Source of the DNA: Acidobacteriota bacterium
GTDB lineage: Bacteria > Acidobacteriota > CAIWXX01
Reading direction: 5' to 3'
NCBI GenBank assembly: GCA_040755995.1
Contig: JBFMAF010000024.1
Span: 32,001-96,000 of the forward strand
Length of the DNA stretch: 64,000 nucleotides
The notes beneath the pieces are model-generated. The model did not search any database and was not told where the DNA came from. It saw nothing but the letters and a program-made list of their open reading frames with translations. A program made the position numbers and the translations under genes. Positions within the stretch are counted from its first letter, which is position 1, and the number at the start of each line of letters is the position of its first letter. Positions 10,377 through 20,382 of this stretch are shown piece by piece.

Positions 10377-11465
10377 CTATGGCTTGCGTTTGAGGACGAG
10401 CGGGATCAGAGGCGACACGGCATCGGTCACTTTCTTGATCTCATCAGGGGGGACGGAGTAATAGAGGAGCCAACATGTGTCGCCTCGTTGGGAGTCGCAT
10501 GACAGGATCTTGGCCCCCGGGCGAAAGGCGTTCGCCGAGCTGGCCTCGGCTTCGGAGGCGTACCAGCTCACCTCGGTTTCCTGCCCGGCGAACTGGAAGA
10601 TCAGCGTCTCTCCGGACTTGAACCCGGCCTTCTCGATCCACGCGGGCGTCCAGTTGGGCACGAGGACCAGGCTGTCGTCGCCGTATGGCACGTGCATCAG
10701 CAAGTTCCCGTGCAAGGTGCCCTCATCCAGCGTGGCGAGCCCCGCATTGATCTCAAGTCTCGTGAAGAAACCATCTTCGAGCGGCGGGTTGAGCGTGGGT
10801 TCGGAGACCTGTGCGAGGTTGCCGTGTTCGCCCAAACCGCTCAGCCAGATGGACTGGGGCAGCTTGAGACCCTGAACATCCTGAGGCTGCCCGAACTGAT
10901 ACTCGTACTCCGCCCTCTCTCCTCCTTCTCCCGTTCCTTGCAGCACGATCCGCCGAATCAGGAAGCTCTTCTCGTCGACGTAGAAGCTGGCCCTGGACGA
11001 GCCCAGATCGGCGGTCAGGACATAGTGCTTCTCGGCTCCAAGATCCCTGAGCCCCTCCAAGGTGAGACTGTCCCGGAAGCTCGACAGGGTGAAGAAGCCT
11101 CCAGCCAGGCGAGCCATGAACTGAAGGCGCATCTTCTCGACGCCCCTGACCTCTGTGACCGCGTCCAGCTGGAGCTGCAGCACCTGCAGGGGCGTCACGG
11201 AGACTGATCCCATGATCACCGGACCCATCCCGCGGGTGACGACCTTCATCCGTCCGCTGGTATCGATGTGGTACCTCCGGAACTGCGTCGTGAAAGAGTA
11301 AGTCTTCGTCGACGCCAGCAGCTCCTCGCTGCCGGCCGTCTGGCGACTGCGCTCGACGATGTCGGCCACGCCGAGAGCCGCCTGCGCCCGGGAAGGCTGC
11401 GGGAGAGCGAGCCCGCAGGTGAGAGCCAGGCCGATCATGCCGAGCCGAATGTATGGCTTCCTCAT
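10377..11465 (-). CDS. Exported hypothetical protein (possible LolA-like fold)
   Basis: Signal peptide ending AQA; long ORF co-oriented with the reductase. Confidence 0.65.
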   Translation of the reverse strand: MRKPYIRLGMIGLALTCGLALPQPSRAQAALGVADIVERSRQTAGSEELLASTKTYSFTTQFRRYHIDTSGRMKVVTRGMGPVIMGSVSVTPLQVLQLQLDAVTEVRGVEKMRLQFMARLAGGFFTLSSFRDSLTLEGLRDLGAEKHYVLTADLGSSRASFYVDEKSFLIRRIVLQGTGEGGERAEYEYQFGQPQDVQGLKLPQSIWLSGLGEHGNLAQVSEPTLNPPLEDGFFTRLEINAGLATLDEGTLHGNLLMHVPYGDDSLVLVPNWTPAWIEKAGFKSGETLIFQFAGQETEVSWYASEAEASSANAFRPGAKILSCDSQRGDTCWLLYYSVPPDEIKKVTDAVSPLIPLVLKRKP

Positions 11466-11652
11466 GACATCCTCCGATGTGATCGATTACCTTTGTGTAT
11501 ACGCGGGCGCCCGCGGTGAGTTTCAGGCGCCACGGCTTTACCGGCGGTGCTCATTCGCCTATACTCTCCCGGAGTTGCTCGCATCATCAGGCCCAACGAT
11601 CGCGCGATGCGCCTGACATGGCGGTCAGGAGGCCGGGGTAGGGGAGAGCCCA

Positions 11653-13206
11653 ATGCCAGATCCCGAGGGCGGATCCGATTCGGCCGGAACCATCGACGAG
11701 GTGATCTCGGCGGGAGAGCAGCGGTTCGATCGCGCGCGGCGCACGGTCAGCCTGTTCGCCGGGCCTCTGCTCTTCTGCATTCTGCTGGCGCTCCCGATGC
11801 CGTCACTCGCACCCGACGCGCACCGCCTTGCGGCAGTACTTGGGTGGGTGCTCGTGTACTGGATCGGCGAGGCTATCCCGATTCCGATCACCTCGCTTCT
11901 CGCGCCGGTGCTGTGCATCGTGCTGGGAGTAGCGAGCCCGTCTGTGGCGTTCGCGCCGTTTGCCAACCCGATCATCTTCCTCTTCCTTGGCAGCTTCATT
12001 CTGGCTCAGGGGATGATCGAGCAGCGACTGGACCAGCGCATCGCGCTCGCGATCCTCTCGCTTCCCTTCGTCGGGAACAGCCCTCGGCGCCTCCTGATTG
12101 CCGTGGGGATCATCCCCGTGACGATTTCGATGTGGATCAGCGACAGTGCGACGACGGCGATGGTCTACCCGATCCTGATGGGGATCATATCGGCCGTGGG
12201 TGCCATGGCGACTGCCTCCGCTCACGCTCCGATGCCGGCGCGATTCAAGTCGGGCCTGTTTCTGACGATCTCCTACGCGGCGCTCATCGGAGGCACCGGC
12301 ACACCCGTGGGCACGCCGCCGAATCTGATCGGCATCGCCATGATCCAGAAGCTGCTCGGCGTCCACATCCGTTTCTTCCAGTGGATGCTGCTGGCCGTCC
12401 CGATCGTGCTTGCTATGTGGTTGTGCATGGTGCTCTACATGCTGAAGCTGCATCCGCCGGGTGTGAAGGCGCTCCCGGGCCTTGTCGAGTTCCTCCGTTC
12501 GCAGCGGGCGAAGCAGGGCCCCTGGACACGGGGGCAGAAGAACGCGCTGCTCGCCTTCCTCGTGGCCGTGGCGCTCTGGGTCTTCCCGGGAGTGGTCGCA
12601 TCCGTTCGAGGAACGGAGAGCACCCTGTACAAGTTCTGCGAGGCGCACATACCCGAAGGGGTGGCATCGCTCGTGGCCGCCGTTCTCCTCTTTCTGCTGC
12701 CGGTCGACTGGGCCGAGCGACGGTTCACGTTGAGCTGGTCTCGCGCGGTTCGGATCGACTGGGGGACGATTCTGCTGTTCGGCGGCGGCCTGTCGCTAGG
12801 CGGACTCATGTTCTCCACCGGCCTGGCCGGCGCGCTCGGCAGAGAGCTTGTCGCGCTGAGCGGCGCGAGCTCGCTCTGGGCCATCACCGCCATCGGCATC
12901 GCGATGGCGATCCTCACTACCGAAATGACATCCAATACGGCGACCGCCAACATGCTCGTCCCCATCATGATCGCGGTCGCGCAGGGTGCCGGCGTCAGCG
13001 CCATTCCGCCCGCCATCGGGGTTTGCCTCGGAGCCAGCATGGCGTTCATGCTGCCGGTCTCGACACCATCGAACGCCATCGTCTACGGCTCTGGCATGGT
13101 GCCGATCACGGCGATGATCCGAGCCGGAGTGCTGCTGGACCTGGTGAGTTTCCTCGTCATCATCACGGGCCTCCGTCTCCTCTGCCCGTTGCTCGGTCTG
13201 CTGTAG
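11653..13206 (+). CDS. DASS/SLC13 sodium:dicarboxylate/sulfate symporter
   Basis: GTPVGTPPN, SNTATAN, AFMLPVSTPSNAIV motifs; many TMs. Confidence 0.93.
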   Translation: MPDPEGGSDSAGTIDEVISAGEQRFDRARRTVSLFAGPLLFCILLALPMPSLAPDAHRLAAVLGWVLVYWIGEAIPIPITSLLAPVLCIVLGVASPSVAFAPFANPIIFLFLGSFILAQGMIEQRLDQRIALAILSLPFVGNSPRRLLIAVGIIPVTISMWISDSATTAMVYPILMGIISAVGAMATASAHAPMPARFKSGLFLTISYAALIGGTGTPVGTPPNLIGIAMIQKLLGVHIRFFQWMLLAVPIVLAMWLCMVLYMLKLHPPGVKALPGLVEFLRSQRAKQGPWTRGQKNALLAFLVAVALWVFPGVVASVRGTESTLYKFCEAHIPEGVASLVAAVLLFLLPVDWAERRFTLSWSRAVRIDWGTILLFGGGLSLGGLMFSTGLAGALGRELVALSGASSLWAITAIGIAMAILTTEMTSNTATANMLVPIMIAVAQGAGVSAIPPAIGVCLGASMAFMLPVSTPSNAIVYGSGMVPITAMIRAGVLLDLVSFLVIITGLRLLCPLLGLL

Positions 13207-13268
13207 CGACGCCGCGCCGGACTGGCGCTGCACAGCCTGGCGCCAGGCTCTCCCGCGCTGGACTCGAT

Positions 13269-14078
13269 TCACCGGCCCAGAAGCCGAACCCGCGTTTTTT
13301 CCAATCGAGGATCATCCCCGATGAGCCTCAGGAAGTTGGCTCGGACAGTCTCGACAAGATCGTCCGCCGTCGTCGCGCGCAGCGCGGCCACTGTTTCAGC
13401 CACGCGGCCCAGCAAGGACGGCATCCCGGGACTGCCCGCCATCCATTCATAGCCACCGGGATTGTCGGTCTCCAGAAGGATCCTATCCGCAGGCACATCG
13501 CGCGCGATCTTCTGCATGTGCTTCGAGCGGAGTGCCTGGATGCCGATCGTGAAGTAAGCGCCGTCGCTCGCGAAATCGCGGAACACGTCCAACGGCCCCG
13601 AGTACCAGTGGATGATCGTCCGGCGAATCCGGCTGCGCCGGAGCAGCTCCAGCACGTCCCGCTCGGCACCCTTCGAATGCACGTTGACGATCTTGTCCTG
13701 GGCGCTCGCAGCATCGAGAAAGAACTCGAACACTTCGCTCTGAGCCGGGTAGCTCGAGGGATCTTTGATGAAGTGGTGGTCCAGTCCGATCTCCCCGAGC
13801 ATCGGGCTCTGCGCGACGGCCGCGCTCAGCTCCGTCAGGCGTCCCACGCAGGCGGGGGCGTTCCAGGGATGAATTCCGAATACCGGCAGCACCAGCTCGC
13901 ATCGCTGGGCGATCTCGAGGGTCCGCTCGTAGGAGGCCGCGTCCATCGAAACGGCCACGGTCAGTATCTTCAGCCGCTCGATCTCCTGCAGCACCGAATC
14001 GAGGTCGTCTCCATATTGATGGAGATGCGCATGCGCGTCGATGAGCACGATGGTCCTCTGTCGTGTTCCGGCGTTCAC
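13269..14078 (-). CDS. TatD family hydrolase
   Basis: DAHAH, GIHPW, GEIGLD, ILLETD motifs. Confidence 0.92.
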   Translation of the reverse strand: MNAGTRQRTIVLIDAHAHLHQYGDDLDSVLQEIERLKILTVAVSMDAASYERTLEIAQRCELVLPVFGIHPWNAPACVGRLTELSAAVAQSPMLGEIGLDHHFIKDPSSYPAQSEVFEFFLDAASAQDKIVNVHSKGAERDVLELLRRSRIRRTIIHWYSGPLDVFRDFASDGAYFTIGIQALRSKHMQKIARDVPADRILLETDNPGGYEWMAGSPGMPSLLGRVAETVAALRATTADDLVETVRANFLRLIGDDPRLEKTRVRLLGR

Positions 14079-14127
14079 CTCGCCGCGCTCTGAGCTCTCA
14101 CCGATCTACCACCGGCCGCACTTCTCA

Positions 14128-14727
14128 TCATGGACGCACCATCGCAATCGCCAACCAGGTGGAGGTGCTGTCCGGATTGGCATCCTTGGGGAACTTCATG
14201 TCGGGTCTCTTCAGTTGCAAAAAAAGCCGCCACGACGGTCCCGCGATGAGAGACTTTGAGATCTGGAACTCGAACCCTTCGAGCGGCACGACCTTCTGCG
14301 CGCCGTTCTCGCTGATCAATCCGATGCTGTTGGCCGACCAGAGGGCGTTCTTGCCCCACTGGATGTCCCCCCATACGCCCGCGGCGAATTCGGCTTCGCC
14401 GAGCGCCGATGAGACGTGAAGCTTCCTGGGCGTTCCGCTGGACCCGGCCAGATAGAGGTCGATGCCCGTGTGCATCTCGCGCAGGAAACGGATTCCCAGG
14501 TACAGATAGTGCCTGTCCTGATTCAAGATGAGGAGGAGACGATCTTCTACTTCAGGCGCCCCGGTCTCATCCCATTCCCCAGACCCAAACCGGCCGTTGA
14601 TGAGCACGGGGACGGCATCCTGCGCCCTCATGCGCACCTCGACAGGTCTGTTGACTTCCCCAACTGCCAATGTGCCAGCAAGCATGAGGAGAATGGCAAT
14701 CATCGTCGGCTGCTTCGCGAGCATCAA
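14128..14727 (-). CDS. Exported hypothetical protein (CBM9/DOMON-like possible)
   Basis: Signal peptide; PVLINGRFGSGEWD; AAGGAGG RBS. Confidence 0.6.
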   Translation of the reverse strand: MMLAKQPTMIAILLMLAGTLAVGEVNRPVEVRMRAQDAVPVLINGRFGSGEWDETGAPEVEDRLLLILNQDRHYLYLGIRFLREMHTGIDLYLAGSSGTPRKLHVSSALGEAEFAAGVWGDIQWGKNALWSANSIGLISENGAQKVVPLEGFEFQISKSLIAGPSWRLFLQLKRPDMKFPKDANPDSTSTWLAIAMVRP

Positions 14728-14979
14728 CTGCCTCCTTGCCTATCGGGATCCCGAGATCTCGGAACCTCCCAATCATACACGAATCACTTCCGCGGGTTGG
14801 CAGCGATTCTCTCGTTTGCGAGTCCTCTCGTACACCTACACCTTCGAGTACTCCCAGGCTGTACGGCCTTGGCGTTCCTCGAATGACTCGCCCCGAGTCA
14901 CTATCTCGGGGCGCTACACCATTGCTGTCAGCGTGAGCACCAATTTTGATAGACTCGTGGTGCGCATGGAGGTGCCCAG

Positions 14980-16197
14980 ATGGCAAGCACGGCCTTCATT
15001 ACCAGGGTCATTCTCAAGAACTACAAGAGCATTGCCGCCTGCGATGTCTCGCTGGGATCATTGACGTTTCTTGTCGGGCCAAACGGTGCCGGCAAGAGCA
15101 ACTTCCTGGATTCTCTGCGCCTCGTTGCAGACTCCCTGAACAAGTCTCTGGACCACGCGCTGCGCGACCGCGGTGGGATCAAGGAGGTCCGGCGGCGCTC
15201 CGGAGGGCATCCGACGCACTTCGGAATCCGGATCGACTTCGCGCTGCCTGACGGGGCCACCGGCTTCTACGGGTTCCGTGTCGGAGCGCGGCCGCAAGGC
15301 GGTTACGAGGTGCAGTCCGAGGAATGTCGTGTCAACACGCCAGTCGCACTGGCTCCTGAGCGCCACTACAAGGTGGAAGCCGGGACTGTCACGGAAGCCA
15401 GCCTGCAGTCACCTCCCGCGGCTTCGAGCGACCGGCTCTATCTGGTGAATGTCTCCGGGATCGCCGAGTTCCGTCCTCTTTACGATGCACTCTCTCACAT
15501 GGGCTTTTACAATCTCAATCCCGATCAGATCCGCGACCTCCAACCGCCCGACGCAGGCGAAGTCCTCGCGCGGGACGGGTCGAACCTCGCAAGCGTTCTC
15601 GCGCTCCTGGAATCCGAATCTCCCCAGGTGAAGGAACGGGTCGAGAGTTATTTGGCGAAAGTGGTGCCAGGCGTGAGCGGTGTCGCGGTCAAGCACTTCG
15701 GGTCGAAGGAGACCATCGAGTTTCGGCAACAGGTGAGTGGAGCCGACAGCCCCTGGCGCTTTCTGGCCACGAACATGTCCGACGGGACACTGCGCGTCCT
15801 TGGCGTCATCGTCGCCCTTTTCCAGGCTGCCAATGGTCAGCGAAGGCGTGTCCCGCTGGTGGGGATCGAGGAACCCGAGTTGGCCCTTCATCCGGCCGCC
15901 GCTGGAATCCTGCGGGATTGTCTCCGGGATGCCAGCTCCTCTGTGCAGGTGCTGGTCACCAGTCACAGCTCCGATTTGTTGGACGACAAGAGTATACCGG
16001 ATGATTCCATCGTCCCCGTTGTCTCAGAGGAAGGGGTGACAATCATCGGCCCGCTTGATGAGGCGGGACGTAGCGCGCTGCGGGATCGTCTGTATACCCC
16101 GGGCGAGCTCCTGCGAATGAACCAGTTGACTCCCGATCCGAGTGCGTACGGCCGCGCAGCTCTCTCGCAGAAGGCGCTCTTCGGAGAGGAAGAGTGA
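14980..16197 (+). CDS. ABC-type AAA_21 ATPase (usually partnered with DUF4276)
   Basis: GPNGAGKSN, MSDGTLR signature, IEEPE, TSHS. Confidence 0.88.
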   Translation: MASTAFITRVILKNYKSIAACDVSLGSLTFLVGPNGAGKSNFLDSLRLVADSLNKSLDHALRDRGGIKEVRRRSGGHPTHFGIRIDFALPDGATGFYGFRVGARPQGGYEVQSEECRVNTPVALAPERHYKVEAGTVTEASLQSPPAASSDRLYLVNVSGIAEFRPLYDALSHMGFYNLNPDQIRDLQPPDAGEVLARDGSNLASVLALLESESPQVKERVESYLAKVVPGVSGVAVKHFGSKETIEFRQQVSGADSPWRFLATNMSDGTLRVLGVIVALFQAANGQRRRVPLVGIEEPELALHPAAAGILRDCLRDASSSVQVLVTSHSSDLLDDKSIPDDSIVPVVSEEGVTIIGPLDEAGRSALRDRLYTPGELLRMNQLTPDPSAYGRAALSQKALFGEEE

Positions 16198-16303
16198 GGT
16201 GAGAGCCGTCTCGGCGCAAGTTCATGCGTGAACGTGCCACTGCCGGCGCCCGCTCTGACATGGTGTGTGGGAGCGGGAAGAGGCCCGTGAATGGAGGTCG
16301 AGG

Positions 16304-16879
16304 ATGAAAGCGTCGATTGGACCGAGGACAATCGTCTACCCGACACCCGCTTTTCTGGTCGGCTCGTACGACCAAGAAGGACGGCCCAATCTGGTCACCG
16401 TTGCATGGGGAGGCATCTGCTGCTCTTCACCGCCGTGCGTGGCCATTTCCTTGCGCAAGGCGACATACTCGCACGGCAGCATTAGCGCGAAGAAGGCCTT
16501 CACCGTCAACATCCCCGCCGAAGGGCACGAGACCGCCGTTGACTATTGCGGGATCGTGTCAGGCAGGACAGTGGATAAGTTCAGCGCTTGCGGGTTGACA
16601 GCTGTCAAGAGCGACCTTGTCGACGCCCCGTACATCGCCGAGTTTCCCCTGATCCTCGAGTGCAGACTCTGCGGGACCTTCGAGCTCGGGTCGCACACGC
16701 AGTTCGTCGGCGAGATCCTGGATGTGAAGGCCGATACCGAGGTCCTCAACGAGCGCTCCATGCCGGACGTCGAGAGGGTGAGACCCGTCCTCTATGCCCC
16801 TGAGCGCGGGCATTACTACGGCTTGGGTCGCAACCTCGGGAAGGCCTTCTCGATCGGACTGCGACTGAAAACGCCGTAA
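16304..16879 (+). CDS. Flavin reductase family protein (flavoredoxin-like)
   Basis: YPTPAFLVG, TVAWGG, LECR, GSHTQFVGEI. Confidence 0.9.
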   Translation: MKASIGPRTIVYPTPAFLVGSYDQEGRPNLVTVAWGGICCSSPPCVAISLRKATYSHGSISAKKAFTVNIPAEGHETAVDYCGIVSGRTVDKFSACGLTAVKSDLVDAPYIAEFPLILECRLCGTFELGSHTQFVGEILDVKADTEVLNERSMPDVERVRPVLYAPERGHYYGLGRNLGKAFSIGLRLKTP

Positions 16880-17134
16880 CCAGGATCCATGCTGGACAAC
16901 TGAGAGCGGCGGCGTAGATCCCGGAGGATTTCGCACGGGCAGACACGCCCTACTGGTCGCCTACCGGTGACATCTAAGAAACCCTGCTGTCGCGCGTTAT
17001 GGCGACAGAAGGCGAACGGCACATCGACCGGACGCCCCGCGAAGGCTACCTCGGACGCGGCGCCCGGGTCATCGGGCCGGACTCTACGGCCGAAGGACTG
17101 TTCGCCGGCACGATCGGTACAGCAAGGAGGACCC

Positions 17135-17878
17135 ATGTTCATCGAATCGCTGATCGCGTCCCACGGGAAGCGACGCAAAGGTACGCGGCCGGTGAGCTTT
17201 ACCATTGCGATCGCTGTGCACGCGGCTGTAGTCAGCCTGCTGATCGTCATTCCACTGCTTCAGAGCTCGCCGTTGCCGAAGCCGGCGTTCGTGGTGGAGC
17301 TCCGGAGGCCGCCCGAGCCACCTCCACCGCCTCCGCCACCACCTCCTCCATTTCCAGCCAGCACGGTCTCTGAGCCGCCGAGGCCCAGCTCGAGAATCGA
17401 GGCGCCGCCCCCCGCACCGGAAAAACTCCGGGCTCCAGACCAAGTCCCGCAGGACGTTGACGTGTCCGAGATCGATCTGGGCATCGATAGCGGCGTGCCG
17501 GACGGCGTCCCAGGAGGTGTGACGGGCGGAGTCGTCGGAGGTGTGGTCGGGAGCCCGACTGGCGGCGTTGTCGCCGGGGAACAGGACCTCATGCCCGTCA
17601 GGCTCGGCCTGGACATACAGCCGCCGAAACTGATCAAGAAGGTGGAGCCCGTGTACCCCGCGATTGCGGCGGCGGCGAGGGTGCAGTGTACCGTGCTCAT
17701 AGAGGCAACCACGGACATCAGAGGGCGGGTTGTGGACGTCCGGGTGACGAGGTCGATTCCGATGTTGGACAGGGCAGCGGTGGATGCAGTGCGCCAGTGG
17801 ATCTACAGCCCGGTGATGCTGAACGGCCGCCCGCAGCCGGTGATCTTCACGGTCAGGGTAGAGTTCTTCTTGAGGTAG
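17135..17878 (+). CDS. Energy transducer TonB family protein
   Basis: TM anchor, poly-Pro linker, GGVVGG repeats, VEPVYP...V.G TonB C-terminal domain; AAGGAGG RBS. Confidence 0.9.
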   Translation: MFIESLIASHGKRRKGTRPVSFTIAIAVHAAVVSLLIVIPLLQSSPLPKPAFVVELRRPPEPPPPPPPPPPPFPASTVSEPPRPSSRIEAPPPAPEKLRAPDQVPQDVDVSEIDLGIDSGVPDGVPGGVTGGVVGGVVGSPTGGVVAGEQDLMPVRLGLDIQPPKLIKKVEPVYPAIAAAARVQCTVLIEATTDIRGRVVDVRVTRSIPMLDRAAVDAVRQWIYSPVMLNGRPQPVIFTVRVEFFLR

Positions 17879-17962
17879 CTCCTGGCGCCGCGCGTCTCCT
17901 ATCGCCGCGGGGAAGCTCGCGTCTGCGCACGGGCGAGATGAGACGGGCCTCGCGATGCACAG

Positions 17963-18169
17963 ACTTGAGACGCCTTGCGCGAGCTCCGAGCTGTAGAGAC
18001 GCTACCGGAGAAACATGCACCTGCGCGTGCAGCGCCCGCTGTCTGCTTGACGAGCGGCGGTCACTTCGGCAAGTCGTCAACCCATCCGGCGGACAGGCTG
18101 ACCCGGTAGCACTCCGAGTACTCCCACGGAAAGTGAGGACTCGTTGCGATTCGCGCGGAGGTCTCAAGT
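17963..18169 (+). ncRNA. Candidate structured ncRNA (6S-like architecture) or MITE
   Basis: Nested long-range stems ACTTGAGAC/GTCTCAAGT, TTGCGCGAG/TTCGCGCGG, GCTACCGG/CCGGTAGC, CTGTCTGC/GCGGACAG, TTGACGA/TCGTCAA; G-U wobbles favour + strand. Confidence 0.5.
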
Positions 18170-18199
18170 GGGGCCGCGCGGGGCTCCGTAACTTCCACC

Positions 18200-18769
18200 T
18201 TACTCGGCCTGTTCCAGCGTCCTGATGTCGTCGACTGCTTTCTTCAGTATCTCGACGATCTTGCGCGTGCGCTCGTCATGGGGCCCGCGGCGCCAGACGC
18301 TCCGGTACACGAGGCTCGCCAGACGGCCGAACGTCTCATTCACCTCTCCGATGTGACCGCGGCTGAAATTCTCGAACGACTCCCTCAGCCGATCCATGAT
18401 CTCCTCGATCGTGCTGCGGTTTTCTTCCAGAAACTTCTCGCCCTCGGGGGTGATGTGGTAGATCTTCTTGCCGTCCTGCTCGACGATGCGCACGTAGCCC
18501 TGATCCTCAAGCAGCTGCAGAGTCGGGTAAATGGTCCCCGCCGACGGCGTATACCATCCGCCCATCCTCTCCTCAAGAGCTTTGATGATCTCGTAACCGT
18601 GTCGCGGTTTCTCCTTCAGCAGCCGGAGGATCACGTACTTCATCTCCCCCGACTCGAACCACTGCTGTCGCCGCCGACCGCGCCCCGGAGCACAGAATGC
18701 CCAGGCCCTGGGCCCGAACCCAGCTCCAAAGACGCGCCCGAAATCGAAATCCCAGCTGTTGCGTGCCAT
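18200..18769 (-). CDS. PadR family transcriptional regulator (YqjI-like)
   Basis: ILRLLKEKPRHGYEIIK, PSAGTIYPTLQLLEDQG, YHITPEG. Confidence 0.93.
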   Translation of the reverse strand: MARNSWDFDFGRVFGAGFGPRAWAFCAPGRGRRRQQWFESGEMKYVILRLLKEKPRHGYEIIKALEERMGGWYTPSAGTIYPTLQLLEDQGYVRIVEQDGKKIYHITPEGEKFLEENRSTIEEIMDRLRESFENFSRGHIGEVNETFGRLASLVYRSVWRRGPHDERTRKIVEILKKAVDDIRTLEQAE

Positions 18770-18879
18770 TGGGAACCTCCTCTTGCGTCGCTTCCCACCG
18801 ATTCTCTCCCCGCGGCTCGCGCACCGCGTGTCGAGCCCGCAGATGGACGCTCGATATGTCGCGTCATAGCGTACGTCAT

Positions 18880-18908
18880 ATCTTATGATATATCGTGATC
18901 CTTGTCAA
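18880..18908 (-). promoter_or_regulatory. sigma70 promoter of PadR gene with overlapping palindromic operator
   Basis: Minus strand TTGACA-17 nt-TAAGAT; GATATATC palindrome in the spacer. Confidence 0.65.
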
Positions 18909-19005
18909 TGTCCCAATGGGCCCAATGGGTCATCGCGTGGCGGCACCTCTCGTCTCGCTCGGATCATCGCGCTTCGGTGTACAATGTCCGCAGGAGGAGG
19001 TTTGC

Positions 19006-20280
19006 ATGAGAGCAGGGGTCCGTTTCTTGATGGTGGTTGTAGCGGTCTCGGTGATCGTCCTTTTCTTGGGTCCATACGATCGGACTCTGTTCTGCTTCGA
19101 TGGCGAGCCGGCCCAGGTTCCGGGAGTCGAGGCAAGTCGGATCGACAAGGCCATCAAGGATCTGATGAGCAAGTACAGCATCCCGGGCGGCACGCTGGCT
19201 GTAATGAAAGACGGCCGTCTCACGTACGCCCAAGGCTACGGTTTTGCCGATGCGTCAACGAGGGTTCACGCGGAGCCGGGCACGCTCTTCCGCATCGCCA
19301 GCGTGTCGAAGAGCATCACGGCCGTGGCCGTGTTGAAGCTTGCGGACGAAGGCAAGCTGAGCCTGGACGACAAGATGTCGGAAATAATCTGGGACTACAT
19401 TCCCCCGACCGGTTTCGACATCAGGCTCGTTGACATCACAGTGCGCGATCTGCTCCGGCACAGCGGTGGCTGGGTCAGCGCCACCGCGGGCGACCCGCAA
19501 TTCATGAGTCTGGAGATCGCCGCTCGACTCAAGAGCCCGCCACCTCCGAGCCCGCAGACCGTTGTGAGGTACTGGTTCACTCGTGACCTGCAGTTCGACC
19601 CGGGCAGGCGCCACTCCTATTCGAATTTCGGCTACAACGTGCTGGGCCGCATCATCGAGACGCTGACCAGGCAGAGTTACGAGAGCTACGTGAATTCTAC
19701 GATTCTCATGCCGCTGGGCATCCGCAGGATGCAGATCGGCGCCTCTCTGAAGGAGCAACGGGCGAAAGGCGAGGGCGTTTACCATGCGAACGCGGGCGAC
19801 CCGCTGGTTGATTCGGTGTTCCCATCGCTTGGGAAGGTCCAGCATGCGTACGGGGGCTGGAGCCACGAGGCGCTTGATGCGCACGGCGGCTGGATCGCTT
19901 CTGCAATTGATCTCATGCGGTTCGTGCGAGGTGTAGAGGGATCAGGGGGCCAGCCAAAGCTGCTGTCCGAGAAGATCTTGAAGGAGATGGTCGCGTACCA
20001 GAATCTACCGGGGCAGTCTCCGGACCACTACTACGCACTCGGCTGGGTTGTGGACGGTGCAGGGACAGCCTCCGAACAATGGTCGCACACCGGCGCGCTG
20101 GAAGGGTCGAACGCGGCTCTGATGGTGAGGCAGATCAACGGCGTGTCCTACGCAGTGATCTTCAACGCGCTCCCGGCCGATTTCATCACCTTCTTCGATG
20201 AGCTGATAGAGGTGCTGAAGGAAGAGATTGGAAGCATCACAATGTGGCCCGATACTGATCTGTTCCCGCGGTTTCCGTGA
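19006..20280 (+). CDS. Serine hydrolase, beta-lactamase class C-like family
   Basis: FRIASVSK (SxxK), YSNFGY, HTG; N-terminal TM; GGAGG RBS. Confidence 0.9.
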   Translation: MRAGVRFLMVVVAVSVIVLFLGPYDRTLFCFDGEPAQVPGVEASRIDKAIKDLMSKYSIPGGTLAVMKDGRLTYAQGYGFADASTRVHAEPGTLFRIASVSKSITAVAVLKLADEGKLSLDDKMSEIIWDYIPPTGFDIRLVDITVRDLLRHSGGWVSATAGDPQFMSLEIAARLKSPPPPSPQTVVRYWFTRDLQFDPGRRHSYSNFGYNVLGRIIETLTRQSYESYVNSTILMPLGIRRMQIGASLKEQRAKGEGVYHANAGDPLVDSVFPSLGKVQHAYGGWSHEALDAHGGWIASAIDLMRFVRGVEGSGGQPKLLSEKILKEMVAYQNLPGQSPDHYYALGWVVDGAGTASEQWSHTGALEGSNAALMVRQINGVSYAVIFNALPADFITFFDELIEVLKEEIGSITMWPDTDLFPRFP

Positions 20281-20382
20281 TCCTGAGGCTCGCAAGAGAC
20301 ACCATGACGTGGCCAGGTGCTTGCGTTCTCGCGCCTCCGGTCCCGATCGGGGTTGCGCGTCGCGCTCCGAGGCCGCGCTTCG

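Noticed and set aside
11547..14093. 848-aa ORF and other long overlapping ORFs (e.g. 39566-41062, 54522-56081, 59892-61295)
   Set aside because: Shadow frames of well-supported genes in high-GC DNA; no motifs
17311..17352. CCN repeat as contingency locus
   Set aside because: Encodes the normal poly-Pro linker of TonB with varied third positions
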